DNA of 64,000 nt from Pristiophorus japonicus. Taxonomy: Eukaryota. Where the stretch lies: contig NC_091999.1 in assembly GCF_044704955.1 (NCBI RefSeq), positions 62,062,001-62,126,000 of the forward strand. Direction: 5' to 3'. The notes below the pieces were generated by a model that did not search any database, had not been told where the DNA came from, and worked only from the letters and a program-made list of their open reading frames with translations. Each line of letters opens with the position of its first letter. Within the stretch, counting starts at the first letter, position 1. This document shows, one piece after another, positions 13,480-26,268 of this stretch. Position numbers and translations under genes: made by a program.

Positions 13480-13795
13480 TTATCTATCAATGTTACTTAC
13501 TCATAAATTTGTTCTCTGTTGATTTATCTTTCCGCGTATCACTACAAGTACAGTTTAACCATATGCATATCTATCCAACCATCCACCACTTTCCATCTTT
13601 CTATGTACGTTTCTGTTGATGCATCGATTAATATCTCTCACACAGAATCCTTCTACAATTATCTACATATTTATGTATCTCCATAATCTATCTATCTCTC
13701 TTTCTAACTGTATTTATATGTTGCTATCTAAATCTGTCTATCTCTCCATCTATCTGTCTCCATCACTCCTTCTATCGATCTGTCTCTATCGAATA
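13480..13795. repeat. (TATC)n-derived low-complexity tract
   Basis: Degenerate tatc/tgtc repeats. Confidence 0.6.
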
Positions 13796-14086
13796 TTATT
13801 GGCCTGAATTTGCGGTCAGAGCTTTCCCATGGTCGAATGCCTCTGAACCACGAGAAAATACGAACCTAACTGATGGTCACGGAAGTTCGAACACTGGCGC
13901 TCCTGGGCCTCTACAGGTACGCATGCATAAAGGTCCACATATCCCAGGGGTGCACGCGTTTAGCATGTGACCCTGGGATCATTGGGCCAGGCCGACCAAT
14001 CAAAAGGTGAATCCCAGTTATGATCATGGAGATTCCACTAACTTATGGAATCACCAAAAACATAAATAGGAATGTGCCTGTTGGAC

Positions 14087-16072
14087 ATGGCCAGAAAAAG
14101 CAGCAAACCTGAGGACTGGGAGAAATTTACAATTCAGCAGAGGAGGACAAAGGGTCAATTTCGGATGGGGAAAATAGATTAAGAGAGGAAGCTTTCTGGG
14201 AACAGAAAAACTGACTGCAAAAGCTTCTATAGATATGCAAGGAGGAAAAGATTAGTGAAGACAAACGTAGGGCCCTTTCAATCAGAATCAAGTGAATTTA
14301 TAATGGGAAACAAAGAAATGGCAGATCAATTGAACAAATACTTTTGTTCTGACTTCACTGAGGAAGACACAACGAACGTTTCAGAAATACTAGTTTCTCC
14401 TTCTCGATGGTCTAGCGAGAAGGAGGAACTGAAGGAAATTCTTATTGGGCAGGAAATTGTGTAAGGGAAATTGACGGGGTTGAAGGCCGATAAATTCCCA
14501 GGGCCTGATAGTCTGCATCCCACGAGTACTTACGGAAGTGACCCAAGAAATAATGGATGCATCGATGATAATTTTCCAACAGTCTATCGGCTCTGGATTA
14601 GTTCCTATGGACTGGAGGGTAGTTAATGTAACACCACTTTTTAAAAAAGGAGGGAGAGAGAAAAGGGGAAATTATAGACCAATTAGCCTGACATAAGTAT
14701 TGGGGGAAATGTTGGAATCAGTTGTTAAAGATGAATTAGTGGCATTTGGAAATCAGTGAAAGGTGCGCTCCAAGTCAGCATGGATTTAGGAAAGGGAAAT
14801 CATGCTTGAAAAATCTTTTAGACTTTTTGAGGATGTAACTAGTGGAGTGGACAAGGGAGGACCAGTGGATGTGATGTATTTGGACTTTCAAAAGGCTTTT
14901 GACAAGGTCCCACACAAGAGATTGGTGTGCAAAAGTAAAGCACATGGTATTGGGAGCAATGTATTGACGTGGATAGAGAAATGGTTAGCAGACAGTAAGC
15001 AGAGAGTTGGGTTAATCGTGTCCTTTTCAGAATTGCAGGCAGTGACGAGTGGGGTGCCACAGGGGTCAGTGCTGGGATCACAGATATTTACAACATACAT
15101 GAATGATTTAGATGCAGGAATTGAGAGTAATATCTCCAAGCTTGCAGATGACACTAAGCTGGGTGGTGGTGTGACCTGTGAGGAGGATGCTAGGAGACTG
15201 CAGGATGACTCGGACAGGTTAGGTGAGTAAGCAAATGCATCACAGATGCAGTATAATGTGGACAAATGTGCGGTTATCCAATTTGGTGGCAAAAACGTGA
15301 AGCCAGAATATTATCTGAATGGTGGCAGATTATGTAAAGGGGAGGTGCAACAAGACCTGCGTGTCATGGTACGTAAGTCATTGATGCTTGAAGTGCAGGT
15401 GCAGCAAGTGGTGAAGAAGGCAAATGGCAGTTTGGCGTTCATAGCTAGTGGATTTGAGTAGCTGAACAGGGAAGGCTTCCTGCAGCTCTACAGGGCCTTG
15501 GTGAGGCCTCACTTGGAATATAGTGTTCACTTTTGGTCCCCTAATCTGAGGAAGGAAGTTCTTGCTATTGAGGGAGTGCAGCGCAGGTTCACCAGACTGA
15601 TGCCCGGTATGGCAGGACTGACATCTGAGGAGAGACTGGATCGACTGGGCTTCTTTTCGCTGGAGTTTAGAAGAATGAGAGGGGATCTCCTACAAACATA
15701 CTAAATTCTGACGGGACCGGACAGGTTAAATGCAGAAAGAATGATCACGATGTTGGGGGAGTTCAGAACCAGAGATCAGAGTCTAAGGTTAAGGAGTAAG
15801 CCATTTAGGACCGAGATGAGGAGAAACTGCTTCACTCAGAGAGTTGCTCTCCTGTGGAATTCTTTTCCGCAGGGAGTTGTTGATGCCAGTTCGTTAGATA
15901 TATTCAGGCGGGAGTTGAATATGGACCTTATGGCTAAAGGGAGCAAGGGGTATGGAGAGAAGGCAGGAAATGGGTATTGAGGTGAATGTTCAGCCATGAT
16001 CTTATTTAATGGTGGTGCAGGCTCGAAGGTCCGAATGGCCTACTCCTGCATCTATTTTCTATGTTTCTATGC
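14087..16072 (+). mobile_element. CR1 LINE nested in the RTE 5' region
   Basis: YLDFQKAFDKVPH, SGVPQGSVLG, RPHLEY motifs; ttttctatgtttctatg tail. Confidence 0.9.
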
Positions 16073-17387
16073 TTCGATCTTCCTACTGACCTGCTCTGTC
16101 AGGTCCTCTCTACCTGGTTTTCAGAGATCACAGTGTAGGTGAGTACCTTAATCGTGGAGCAGTTTGCGGACTTGTGCATAGTATACTGACACAGTGCCCC
16201 GCCCCCCGCCCCCCACCGCGGCACCAGCTCCAGCACGTGCCTCTCCTGCGCTTTTCGATTCTCTCTCCAACAGCTCACACTTTTGTCGTTGGTTGTTTTC
16301 TAGTGACCACGTACATTCTGGCCTCGTGTCTCGACCTCGCTGCTCGCCTCGGGTCCCGGCCATGCTGCTAGCCACATGTGACGACCTCCCTGCTGGTATT
16401 TTCTGTATCTTCCCTGGGTCCCGATCTCCTTGTTGGTCCGTGCTGTACCTTCCCTGGGTCCCGATCACCCTGTTGTTCCGTACCTTACCTTCCTCGAGTA
16501 CCGACCTTGCTGTTGGCCTCAGACTCCGACCTCACTGCTGGTTTGTGATGAACCTTCCCTGGATGCCAACTTTATTGCCTGTCTTGGCTTCCCGACTTGG
16601 CTTCTGTGCTGTGCCTCACAGTGGGCAGGACAAGGTCAGCTGAAGGAACAAGGTGGTCGATACACATTCTCAAACGGCACACCAGAAGAAGAACACCATC
16701 TCAATGGGGCATACGCATCAACCCTGGATACTACGGACAAGAACAAAGAGGAATTCTACTCCAGCCTGGAACAATCACTGACCCGACTCCCAACAGGCAA
16801 CACGCTGATTCTCCTTGATGACTTTAACGGCAGAGTTGCAAAGGACACAGACCTCATGAGAGTAGTGATTGCCAGGGAAGGAGTAGGGAAAACCAACTCC
16901 AATGGGATTCTCCTCCTGAGGAATTGCTTATAACATGGTCTTGTCATATCCAACACCTTGTTTCGTCAGAATGACAAATACAAGGCCACATGGCAACACC
17001 CTCGCTCCAGGCACTGGCATCCGAGTGAGGGACCACAAGGATGTCCGCATCACTCATGACATTGCAGGAGCTACTGACTGCTGGATTGACCACCGCCTAA
17101 TCCGCTCTATTATCTCCATCAATACAGCCTCAAAACAGCAGGGGCAACATAAATGCTGCCGTAAAAAATCAACATTGAAGCTGTCAAAGACCCTGCAAAG
17201 AATGTCCTAATCAGCCAACTGCTCAGAGCCTACCGAACGACTTCCAATCAACCAAAGCCGCAGAGTGTCCATCGTGCCTGTTCTGCCTAAATCCACTAAA
17301 ATTAGCATCTGCGAATAAACTCTTGGCTACAATACCAGAAAATATCAAAACTGGTTCGATGCGAATGACCAAGAGATCCAGGAGCTA

Positions 17388-18481
17388 ATAGAAACATAGA
17401 AACATAGAAAATAGGTGCAGGAGTAGGCCATTCGACCCTTCTAGCCTGCACCGCCATTCAATGAGTTCATGGCTGAACATGCAACTTCAGTACCCCATTC
17501 CTGCTTTCTCACCATACCCCTTGATTCCCCTAGTAGTAAGGACTTCATCTAACTCCTTTTTGAATATATTTAGTGAATTGGCCTCAACAACTTTCTGTGG
17601 TAGAGAATTCCACAGGTTCACCACTCTCTGGGTGAAGAAATTCCTCCTCATCTCAGTCCTAAATGGCTTCCCCCTTATCCTTAGACTGTGTCCCCTGGTT
17701 CTGGACTTCCCCAACATTGGGAACATTCTTCCTGCATCTAACCTGTCTAACCCCGTCAGAATTTTAAACGTTTCTATGAGATCCCCTCTCATTCTTCTGA
17801 ACTCCAGTGAATACAAGCCCAGTTGATCCAGTCTTTCTTGATAGGTCAGTCCCGCCATCCCGGGAATCAGTCTGGTGAACATTCGCTGCACTCCCTCAAT
17901 AGCAAGAATGTCCTTCCTCAGGTTAGGAGACCAAAACTGTACACAATACTCCAGGTGTGGCCTCACCAAGGTCCTGTACAATTGTAGCAACACCTCCCTG
18001 CCCTTGTACTCAAATCTCCTCGCTATGAAGGCCAACATGCCATTTGCTTTCTTAACCGCCTGCTGTACCTGCATGCCAACCTTCAATGACTGATGTACCA
18101 TGACACCCAGGTCTCGTTGCACCTCTCCTTTTCCGAATCTGTCACCATTCAGATAATAGTCTGTCTCTCTGTTTTTACCACCAAAGTGGATAAACGCACA
18201 TTTATCCACATTATACTTCATCTGCCATGCATTTGCCCACTCACCTAACCTATCCAAGTCGCTCTGCAGCCTCATAGAATCCTCCTTGCAGCTCACACTG
18301 CCACCCAACTTAGTGTCATCCGCAAATTTGGAGATACTACATTTAATCCCCTCGTCTAAATCATTAATGTACAGTGTAAACAGCTGGGGCACCAGCACAG
18401 AACCTTGCGGTACCCCACGAGTCACTGCCTGCCATTCTGAAAAGTCCCCATTTACTCCTACTCTTTGCTTCCTGTCTGACA
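17388..18481 (-). mobile_element. Young 5'-truncated CR1 nested in the RTE
   Basis: Uninterrupted 337-aa RT C-terminal ORF (17487-18500); (CATAGAAA)n tail; the RTE frame QELI|NRKRK resumes after it. Confidence 0.92.
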
Positions 18482-19340
18482 AACCGCAAACGCAAATCAT
18501 TTCTTAATTGGAAACAACACCACAACTCGAGTGAAAGCAAGCAGTTCTAGAGACAAGTAAAGGCTGAGGTACAACAAAAAACTCGTGACATAAGAACAGA
18601 TGGTGGGTGGAAAACGCGCAGGAGATCCAGCAATTAGCTGACAATCATGACGTGCGTGGATTTTTTTTTAGCACAATCAAGATCACCTACGGCCCAAGCA
18701 CACTGTCCGATTCTACTGAGAGCCTAGAATGGAGGAGTGCTCATCATGGACATAGAGGCAGTCATTAGCCGCTGGAAGGAGCATTTCGTGGATCACCTCA
18801 ACCAAGCCTCTGTCTTTGATGTGAGTGTCCTTGGCCCCATCCCACAACATATAACCCGTCACCACATCGGTAAAATCCTGGCCCAGCACGAGAGTGAAAA
18901 GGCTTTCTGACAACTGAAGAACAACAAGGCCTCAGGAATCCCCACCAAAGCACTAACACATGGTGGTTTAATACACTTGGCCCGAATTCATGTCCTCATA
19001 TCCCTTAACTGGAAGGAGGAGAGCATACCAGGGCCTCTCAAAGATGCCGTAATCGTGCCCATCTTCAAGAAAGGTGACAAGTCCGATTGCAGTAATTACA
19101 GAAATCCGCAAGAACAATTATCGCACAAGTCATCCTCAATTATCTCCTCCCAATGACTGAAGAGCTCCTCCCACAGTCGAAATGCGGATTCCACAAACTA
19201 AGGGGCACAATGGGCATGATATTCACCGTGTGACAATTCCACGAAAAATGTATGGAGCTACTTCAATCTTTGTACATCGCTTACTTTGCTCTCACAAAGG
19301 TCTCCGAATCCGTCAACCATGAGGGATTATGGAGTGTCAT

Positions 19341-19892
19341 TGCAGAAAAAAAATATGTAGCGTGAACCTAATTGGTTAATAAGGGGACCTAATTAAGTAA
19401 AGCTAAAAATTAAAAGCAAGTTTGTAAGAGAAAAAAATACGTGCTACGAACATAGGGAAAATGATAGAACTAGAACGCTCAGGAAGATAGATCATCTTAT
19501 CACAGTATAAACCAGACAGTTGAGAAAAATACATTCCAAGGCTACGTTACATGGGGTAGTAAGAGATTACGGGAAACAAAAGATGATTGAAGAATATCTC
19601 ACCTGATTCAAAGCAGTTAGGCAAAGAGGAGAAGAGCTAAGAATGATGTGACACTTAACTTATCAGATAAAAAGTGCACAGAGGACGTAACGAAGCTTGC
19701 TTTCAAAGTAATTGTATTAAACAATTAATATTTGTTATCGTAGTAGGTAGGAGAAAAATTTGTGACGCAGCAGGGAAACAACAAATGGAAAGCCTCCACA
19801 TGGAACTTTATGATTTTGTATGTATTTTGACTGTATAAAAACAGAAACATGGAAAAACTTGTATCGAGTATCTTTTTTAATACTCCACATCA
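19341..19892. mobile_element. Solo-LTR-like insertion in the RTE
   Basis: Begins TG, ends CCACATCA; flanked by GTCAT duplication (19336-19340, 19893-19897). Confidence 0.55.
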
Positions 19893-22086
19893 GTCATTCT
19901 CAAATTTGGTTCTCCTCTGAAATTTGTCACCAAAGGATCTACTACAAACACAATATAAGTGCAGAAGGAGGTTAAGCAAGGCTGTGTCATCACAAGGACG
20001 CTCTTCTCAATCTTCCTCGCTGCAATGCTTCACATCACCTTTAAAAATCTCGCCACTGGTGTGTAGTTAATCTAATGGACAAGCAGGAAATTGTTCAACC
20101 TGTGACGCCTCCGGTACAGATCCAAGGTAGGTCCAGCCTCTTTCATTGAATTACAGTATTCAGTCGTTGCTTGCATTTGTGCACATTCAGAGCCCATACA
20201 CCAAACCATCATTGACATTTCACTGGAGCATACGAGATAGTGGGCCTTTCATTAAGCATCAGTATGACAAACGTTCTCCAGCAACCCGACCCCGCTACAC
20301 AGTACTGCTCCTCGATTATCAAGATCCATGTCGGGATCTTTGACAATCGGGACCACTTCCCATAACTTGGGAGCCTACTATCAGCAAGGACAGACATCGA
20401 TGACGAAGTCCATCACATTATTCAATGTGCCAGTGGAGCCTTTGGTCGATTGAGGAAAAGAGTGTTCAAACACCAAGATCTCAATCCCAGAAACAGGCAA
20501 CAGTCGTGGTATCCGGCCTCTTCTATGCTTCAGAGACATGGACTATGTACAGTAGGCACCTCAAAGCACTGGAGAAGTAGCACCAACGCTTCCTCCGCGA
20601 GATCATGCGAACTTATTGGCAGGATAAGCGCACCAACATCAGGGTTCTCTCTCAGGCCAAATTCCCTTGCATCGTGGCATTTAATATGCTCGATCAGCTC
20701 CGATAGACGGGCCACATTGTCCGCATGTCCGATACTAGAGTTCCGAAACAAGCATTCTACTCTGAGCTTGGTCACAGCAGGCGAGGTCGAGGAGGGCAGA
20801 GAAAACGCTTCAACGACACCATCAAAGCCTCCTTGATAAAAATTAGCATCCCCACTGACCCTTGGGAATACCTGGCCCAAGTGGATCAGAAGAATCCTAC
20901 AAGGCACCAAGGACTTCAAGTTTCTCCGCCGTGATCAAGTAGAAGCCAAGTATAAAGAGCGGAAGGAGTGAACGACAAATCAAGCACCCCACCCACCAGT
21001 CCCTCCAAAAACCCTCTGCCCCACCTGTGAGAGAGACTCTAAATCCAGCATTGTTCTCAGCAGTCACCTTCGAACCCATTTTAGTGTGGAAGCAAGTCAT
21101 CCTCAACTCTGGGGTCTGCCTAAGAGAAGATAATAGGAACCCCCTAAAAACAGAACTACACACCTTTTAATTATAACTCAAGCAATACATCAAAATGAAT
21201 TAAAATACAATTAAAGTAAACATTTTAAACAAATATTTAACTTTTTGAAAAATAAATGTAAATGTTTTCAAGAAGTTAAGTTAACATAATAACTTTTAAA
21301 GGTTTTATTATGTTTAAATGATTAAAATATATTTGAATAATAACTGCAATCTTACACTGGTAAAATAAAACACTCTGCCTCCTTTTAACAGGTGCAAGAT
21401 TTTCATGGGCATTCGCTAGGCAAATAGCCAAAATCTCCACCATCAAATGTCCATTTCCCAGGGATGCGGCCGATCTGTCAAGGAAAATCTTGACAGATTG
21501 CAATTTCTGGGTTTTCATGAATGCACATCACTTCCAGAAAGCTGGAACTTGCGTGGTACTTATGGCCACATAGGCACCATGTATGCATTAAATGCCACGG
21601 AAATTCCTGGCCATTATATTTATGTAACTCTATATATGTCTAAACCTTGTTGGAGATATTCCCACTGTTATGATGCTCATTATTTCTGCGAACCAATCAC
21701 CAACTTGCCGTACTGGACACTGGGCAGGGGAATGGAGAGGGATTCACAAATGGGACTTGTTCTGGAATATTCTCTTGTCCCTTTGAAACCAAAGCAGGTC
21801 AGTACACTGTGCGGATATGGGCAAAATGCAAGAACTGAAATGGAGGACTTGAAAGAACCTGCAACGACCATCAGTCCATCAGCTTCACAGCAGTTGTCCA
21901 ACGTTGTAGAGCTTGTTGACGATACAATGTACCACTTGCTTAAATTGTGGCGTAAATTTTACAAATTCAATATTAATTTTTTTGATTAGTATGATAATTG
22001 ATGCAAATTCAAAATAAATGGTGGAGTTTCAGAATAAATGTAACTTACGATGATTGTAATATATTATATACATGTTGAGAAAAAGC

Positions 22087-22725
22087 TGATGTGGCGTCCT
22101 CGAGGGTCTGGAGCTGCCTTAAAGCGCTAATAGGATAGTAGCATTTCTTAATGTGCTGATTTGTTTAGAACCTGTGATTATTCCATCACGTGCAAGTCAG
22201 AATGACATTTTAATGGATGCTGTAGCTATGTTAGTAACAAGCTATTGTCATCGTAAGGCATGACGTTTCGTTTGGCCATTTGTAAGCTAAACATGTTAAA
22301 ACTGCAGGCTTAGCAGTTTAGAACAAAGGACAGAAAGTTCAACTTGTGACTTCAGATATGGTGGTTGAAGAACCACAGAACGTGAGATGTAAATGTCTTG
22401 AAACTGAAACATTTGAGATAACGGAGGGCATCTTCCAAAGCCTACGTGCGAGACTCTGATCTTGCTTTGGAAGAGACATGGGCGTAGACATTAACCAGTC
22501 ACATGGGCAGAGCCAACAGTTGAACAGCTGCTAGTCACAGATATATATAGATGTTTTTTATCATTGTAAATTGTCAAGCTTACACTTCCGCACAATCATT
22601 TATAAAACCTGATGTAATTGTTTATCGGAGAGAGTCTTTGCTAATATTCTCTCCCCTGCATGCTTGTAATAAACTTTCTCACATCATAACCTGCCCACGA
22701 CCCAGGGTAGTTTCTTTCCACATCA
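22087..22725 (+). mobile_element. Solo LTR
   Basis: Perfect 8-bp terminal inverted repeat TGATGTGG...CCACATCA; internal TATAAAA (~22602) and AATAAA (~22668); homologous to an inverted copy at ~53045-53660. Confidence 0.7.
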
Positions 22726-22955
22726 ACAACTGAGGAGTACTGTGAGGTAGGATGAGGTGGAGCAATTGGAATGATGTAAAACAAAAATCAGCAGCCACTA
22801 TCAACCAGGACCCCGAGATTGTTTTTCACTCTTGAAGCATGCTGCCAGTGCGTCGGCCGTATATTACCGGAAATGGGGTTTTTGAAGTCCTTTTAATTGG
22901 ACTCTGGAGTTGTGGGACATGAATACACCAGAATTGTAAATTAGGCTATATTTTA

Positions 22956-23473
22956 CTGTCCTCCTCTGCTGAGTTCTAAATTTCTCCCAGTCCCCGAGTT
23001 CGCTGCTATTTCTGGCCAATTTGTATGCCACTTCCTTGGCTTTAATACTATCCATGATTTCCCTTGATAGCCATGGTTGAGCCACCTTTCCTTTTTTATT
23101 TTTACGCCAGACAGGAATGTACAATTGTTGTAGTTCATCCATGCGGTCTCTAAATGTCTGCCATTGCCCATCCACAGTCAACCCCTTAAGTATCATTCGC
23201 CAATCTATCCTAGCCAATTCACGCCTCATACCTTCAAAGTTATCCTTCTTTAAGTTCTGGACCATGGTCTCTGAATTAACTGTTTCATTGTCCATCCTAA
23301 TGCAGAATTCCACCATATTATGGTCACTCTTCCCCAAGGCGCCTCGCACAACGAGATTGCTAATTAATCCTCTCTCATTACACAACACCCAGTCTAAGAT
23401 GGCCTCCCCCCTAGTTGGTTCCTCGACATATTGGTCTAAAAAACCATCCCTTATGCACTCCAGGAAATCCTCC
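22956..23473 (-). mobile_element. CR1 internal fragment (APE-RT linker)
   Basis: LGKSDHNMVEF, QPWLSREI motifs in ORF 22864-23388. Confidence 0.85.
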
Positions 23474-23975
23474 TGGATTCTGGGCTCCGCACCTGAGGAA
23501 GGATATACGTGGAGGTGCTAAACTGCAGGTTTACCCGAATTATACCGGGGCTAATAATGCAAAATGATCAGGTGGCGAGTATAGAACGTTAAGAGATGAT
23601 CCAATTGACGTGTTTAAGTTGATAAATGGAATTGTATCGAGTAGATATAGAAACTTTTATTTAGTTTGATGGGAGAGTCCAGAACAAATAGCAGAACCTT
23701 AACATTAGAGTTAGGCCGTGCAGAGGTGATGTCAGAAAGGATTTTCTCACAGGAAGAATTGTGCAAGTCGGGATTTCCCTCCCCAAAAGCTGCTGACACT
23801 TGCTTTCAATTGAAACGTTGAAAACTGAGATTGATAGATTTTTGTTCGGCAAGTTTATCATGGGTTGCATAACCAAGGCGTGAAGATGGTGTTGAGTGTT
23901 GATCAGCCATGATCTAACTGGATGGCGGGACAGGATGGATGGACTGAATGGCCTTCTCCTATTCCTATGTTGCTA
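23474..23975 (+). mobile_element. Old CR1 3' fragment
   Basis: ttctgggctccgcacctgaggaaggatata...gaatggccttctcctattcctatgtt. Confidence 0.7.
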
Positions 23976-24678
23976 TTAATGCCCTGAGGTCATCGTGCTT
24001 TCTGAATCTCTCTCACCAGACATGATAAATGTTCAGTAATTACAGATATTAACAAACTACCTCACATCATTACAAATGATGACCCACCACAAAAGATTCC
24101 TTGCAACTCCATTCTCCGGACCTTGCACTTCTCCTCTGACGGGGGATGTGACTGGTTCCTGCACATTTTCATCGCAACAAAAATAGCAGCAAAAGACTAG
24201 AAACTTAACTTTGTTTCCTGTTGTCCCATAAATCCTGAAATTAATTTGACACTGGTTTTGAATCAGTATAATGCTGGTGTAGACCTCTTGAACTTGGGGC
24301 TATTCGGGCTTCAGCTATTATAACCAGTGGAGATGCACTTGGGTGCAAGAATCTATAGACGGGCGTAAAGGAGCAAGGGATTTCAGGAAGAGCGCTATTC
24401 AGTGCCTATCACAATTGTGTCCCAATTTATTCCCATTTTACGCCAGGTATTTGCTTCACAGCCCATTACAGGTGGCACTGGCTCAAATACACAGGAAATA
24501 TTACAGACCTCCCGGAATCGTTGCCAATTCATTGTCCTTCCATAACGACGGTGTTCAAGCAATTGCGAGAGGTTGATATCCCAAAAGTGAATTATTCCCC
24601 TTGAAAGAGTTAAGGCTAATTATTGGTGTCCTGATTCTGAAGATGCGGCTTTTCCTGACTTTCATTCCTGTTTCGCAG

Positions 24679-24986
24679 TGGATGTCCCATGCAGCGATTA
24701 AAAATCACTCTTCGCCCACCGTCACTGGAATAGGTTTTACTGGAGGCGACGGTGACCTTAACGTGCGTCGTGTCTGACACTCCTTATGGGCTCACCGTGA
24801 CCTGGACCCGAAAAAACGAGACTTTGAAATCAGAGATTGCCGTCCAACCCGGAGAGGATCCCAACAGTGTGATCAGCAACTTAAACATCTCGACACAAGT
24901 TTGGCTGAGTGGGGATAAGTTCTACTGCGTGGTGAGCCATCAGGAAATGCCGACTCCGATCAGAGATTCCATCCACAAGGAAAAGG
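24679..24986 (+). pseudogene. IGHM: IgM heavy-chain constant exon CH3 (disabled)
   Basis: Acceptor ttcgcag|, donor G|gtgag; translation [29 protein letters not shown]...W...[11 protein letters not shown]...[14 protein letters not shown]...SIHKEK matches shark Cmu3 as I recall it; in-frame TAG at 24731 and a 1-nt frameshift near 24698. Confidence 0.9.
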
Positions 24987-25903
24987 GTGAGCGGGGAGAT
25001 TGTTGCAATAATTGAGACACTGCGACAATTTCGATGCGTGTGCAAGGGCCAATTGATTATATAAAGTGTTTAATGGCTACTCTGATCATTCAGGTTGCTA
25101 ATTCCACCAACTCAGCACTCTGGGACCTGACATTATGTATTTTAGGGGAAACTGGATAAGTCCATGAGCTAGAAAGAAATAGAAGGGTATATTATTAGGT
25201 TCAGATGAAGTGGGCTCGGAGGAGGCTTTTGTGGATCATAAACACTGGCATAGACCAGTTGGCCAAATCTCCTCGTTCTGTGCATTAAATTCTATGTCAT
25301 TTTCCAGTCCAACGCTTCAAGATTTCAGAGAGAAAGATTACGTTCCCTCTGATAAGGGATGGAAAACCAGAGAGGCAACAGAGGGGAAAAGGAAAAGCGT
25401 TAAAATTCAACGCAGTGTCCATTTCTCTCACATCTAACCACCGGAAATTGGCTGAATTTAAATGAAGAAAGCGAGTTGTGGGCGTTGGTCTCACAGGCCA
25501 CCAGTGAGAACGGGAGGATTGGAAGCCGAGTGAGGAGGTTGCGGATCGCGGGCGATGGGTTAGGCAGGGACCCTGGATCCAGGAGGTAGGTGTAAGGGCA
25601 ATTACCACCTGGGTGCAGCAATCCCCGCCTTGCTGTAACTGCTCAGATTTACACAGTGTGTCAAGCCGGACCAGCGACAGTTAAACACCAAATGGTGGTT
25701 AAAATAGAGGATTCCAATCTCATTTAAATATATTACTCAAATATAATATTACAACCGGAAGTTGGCGAGTTGAGGTCGGGATTCTGATTTTTACCAATTT
25801 AACAACCTCCACGCCCAAAACCCGCCCGCTGTACTGGGTTGAAATTCCCCCATTGTCTCTGGAACTATCCAGTTCATTGGCCTTTGTTGTAACTGTTCTA
25901 CAG

Positions 25904-26268
25904 CGAATGATCCGCGGGAACCGGCCATGTCTGTCCTCCTGCCCTCGGCAGAAGAAGTCTCTGCTCAGAGGTTGGTCAGCCTCACCTGCTTAGTGAGAGG
26001 TTTCTCCCCCCGAGAGATCTTCATCAAATGGACCGTCAATGACAAGCCGGTAGATTCCGGCAACTACAAGAACACCGAGGTGATGGCGGAGAACGGCAGC
26101 AGCTCCTTCTTCATGTACAGTCTGCTATCCATTGCAGCCGAGGAGTGGGCCAGCGGCGCCTCTCAATCCTGTGTGGTGGGACATCAAGCGATCCCATTGA
26201 TAATCACCAACAGAACCGTCAATAAATCGAGTGGTAAAGCATTTCCCTTGTTCTGATGGACAACGTCA
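25904..26268 (+). pseudogene. IGHM: IgM heavy-chain constant exon CH4 plus the first part of the secretory tailpiece
   Basis: Acceptor ttctacag|; [38 protein letters not shown]...YKNTEVMAE...[30 protein letters not shown]; internal G|GTAAAG donor at 26233/26234; tailpiece remnant ISLVLMDNV out of frame. Confidence 0.92.

Larger units (their letters stand above)
14073..21131 (+). mobile_element. RTE-clade LINE, near full-length, degenerate, interrupted three times
   Basis: AYASTL..KEEFYSSL, LILLDDFNGRV, NSNGILLL, TWQHPRS (APE); GVKQG and FP*LGS RT remnants; 3' ...gtcatcctc...cctaagagaaga; flanked by AATAGGAA at 14065-14072 and 21132-21139 (TSD). Confidence 0.8.
13801..21612. mobile_element. 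MITE-like element split by the RTE insertion (arms 13801-14072 and 21132-21612)
   Basis: Ends GGCCTGAATTTGCGG (13801) and CCACGGAAATTCCTGGCC (to 21612) are imperfect inverted repeats; the RTE target duplication lies inside. Confidence 0.5.

Noticed and set aside
21447-21989. 180-aa ORF
   Set aside because: Begins inside a MITE arm at a non-ATG-supported context, with no recognisable domain or splice structure
25652-25690. CACAGTG + 22 nt + TTAAACACC, a possible recombination signal in the CH3-CH4 intron
   Set aside because: Nonamer matches only 6/9, there is no adjacent V/D/J segment, and it lies in a MITE-like repeat
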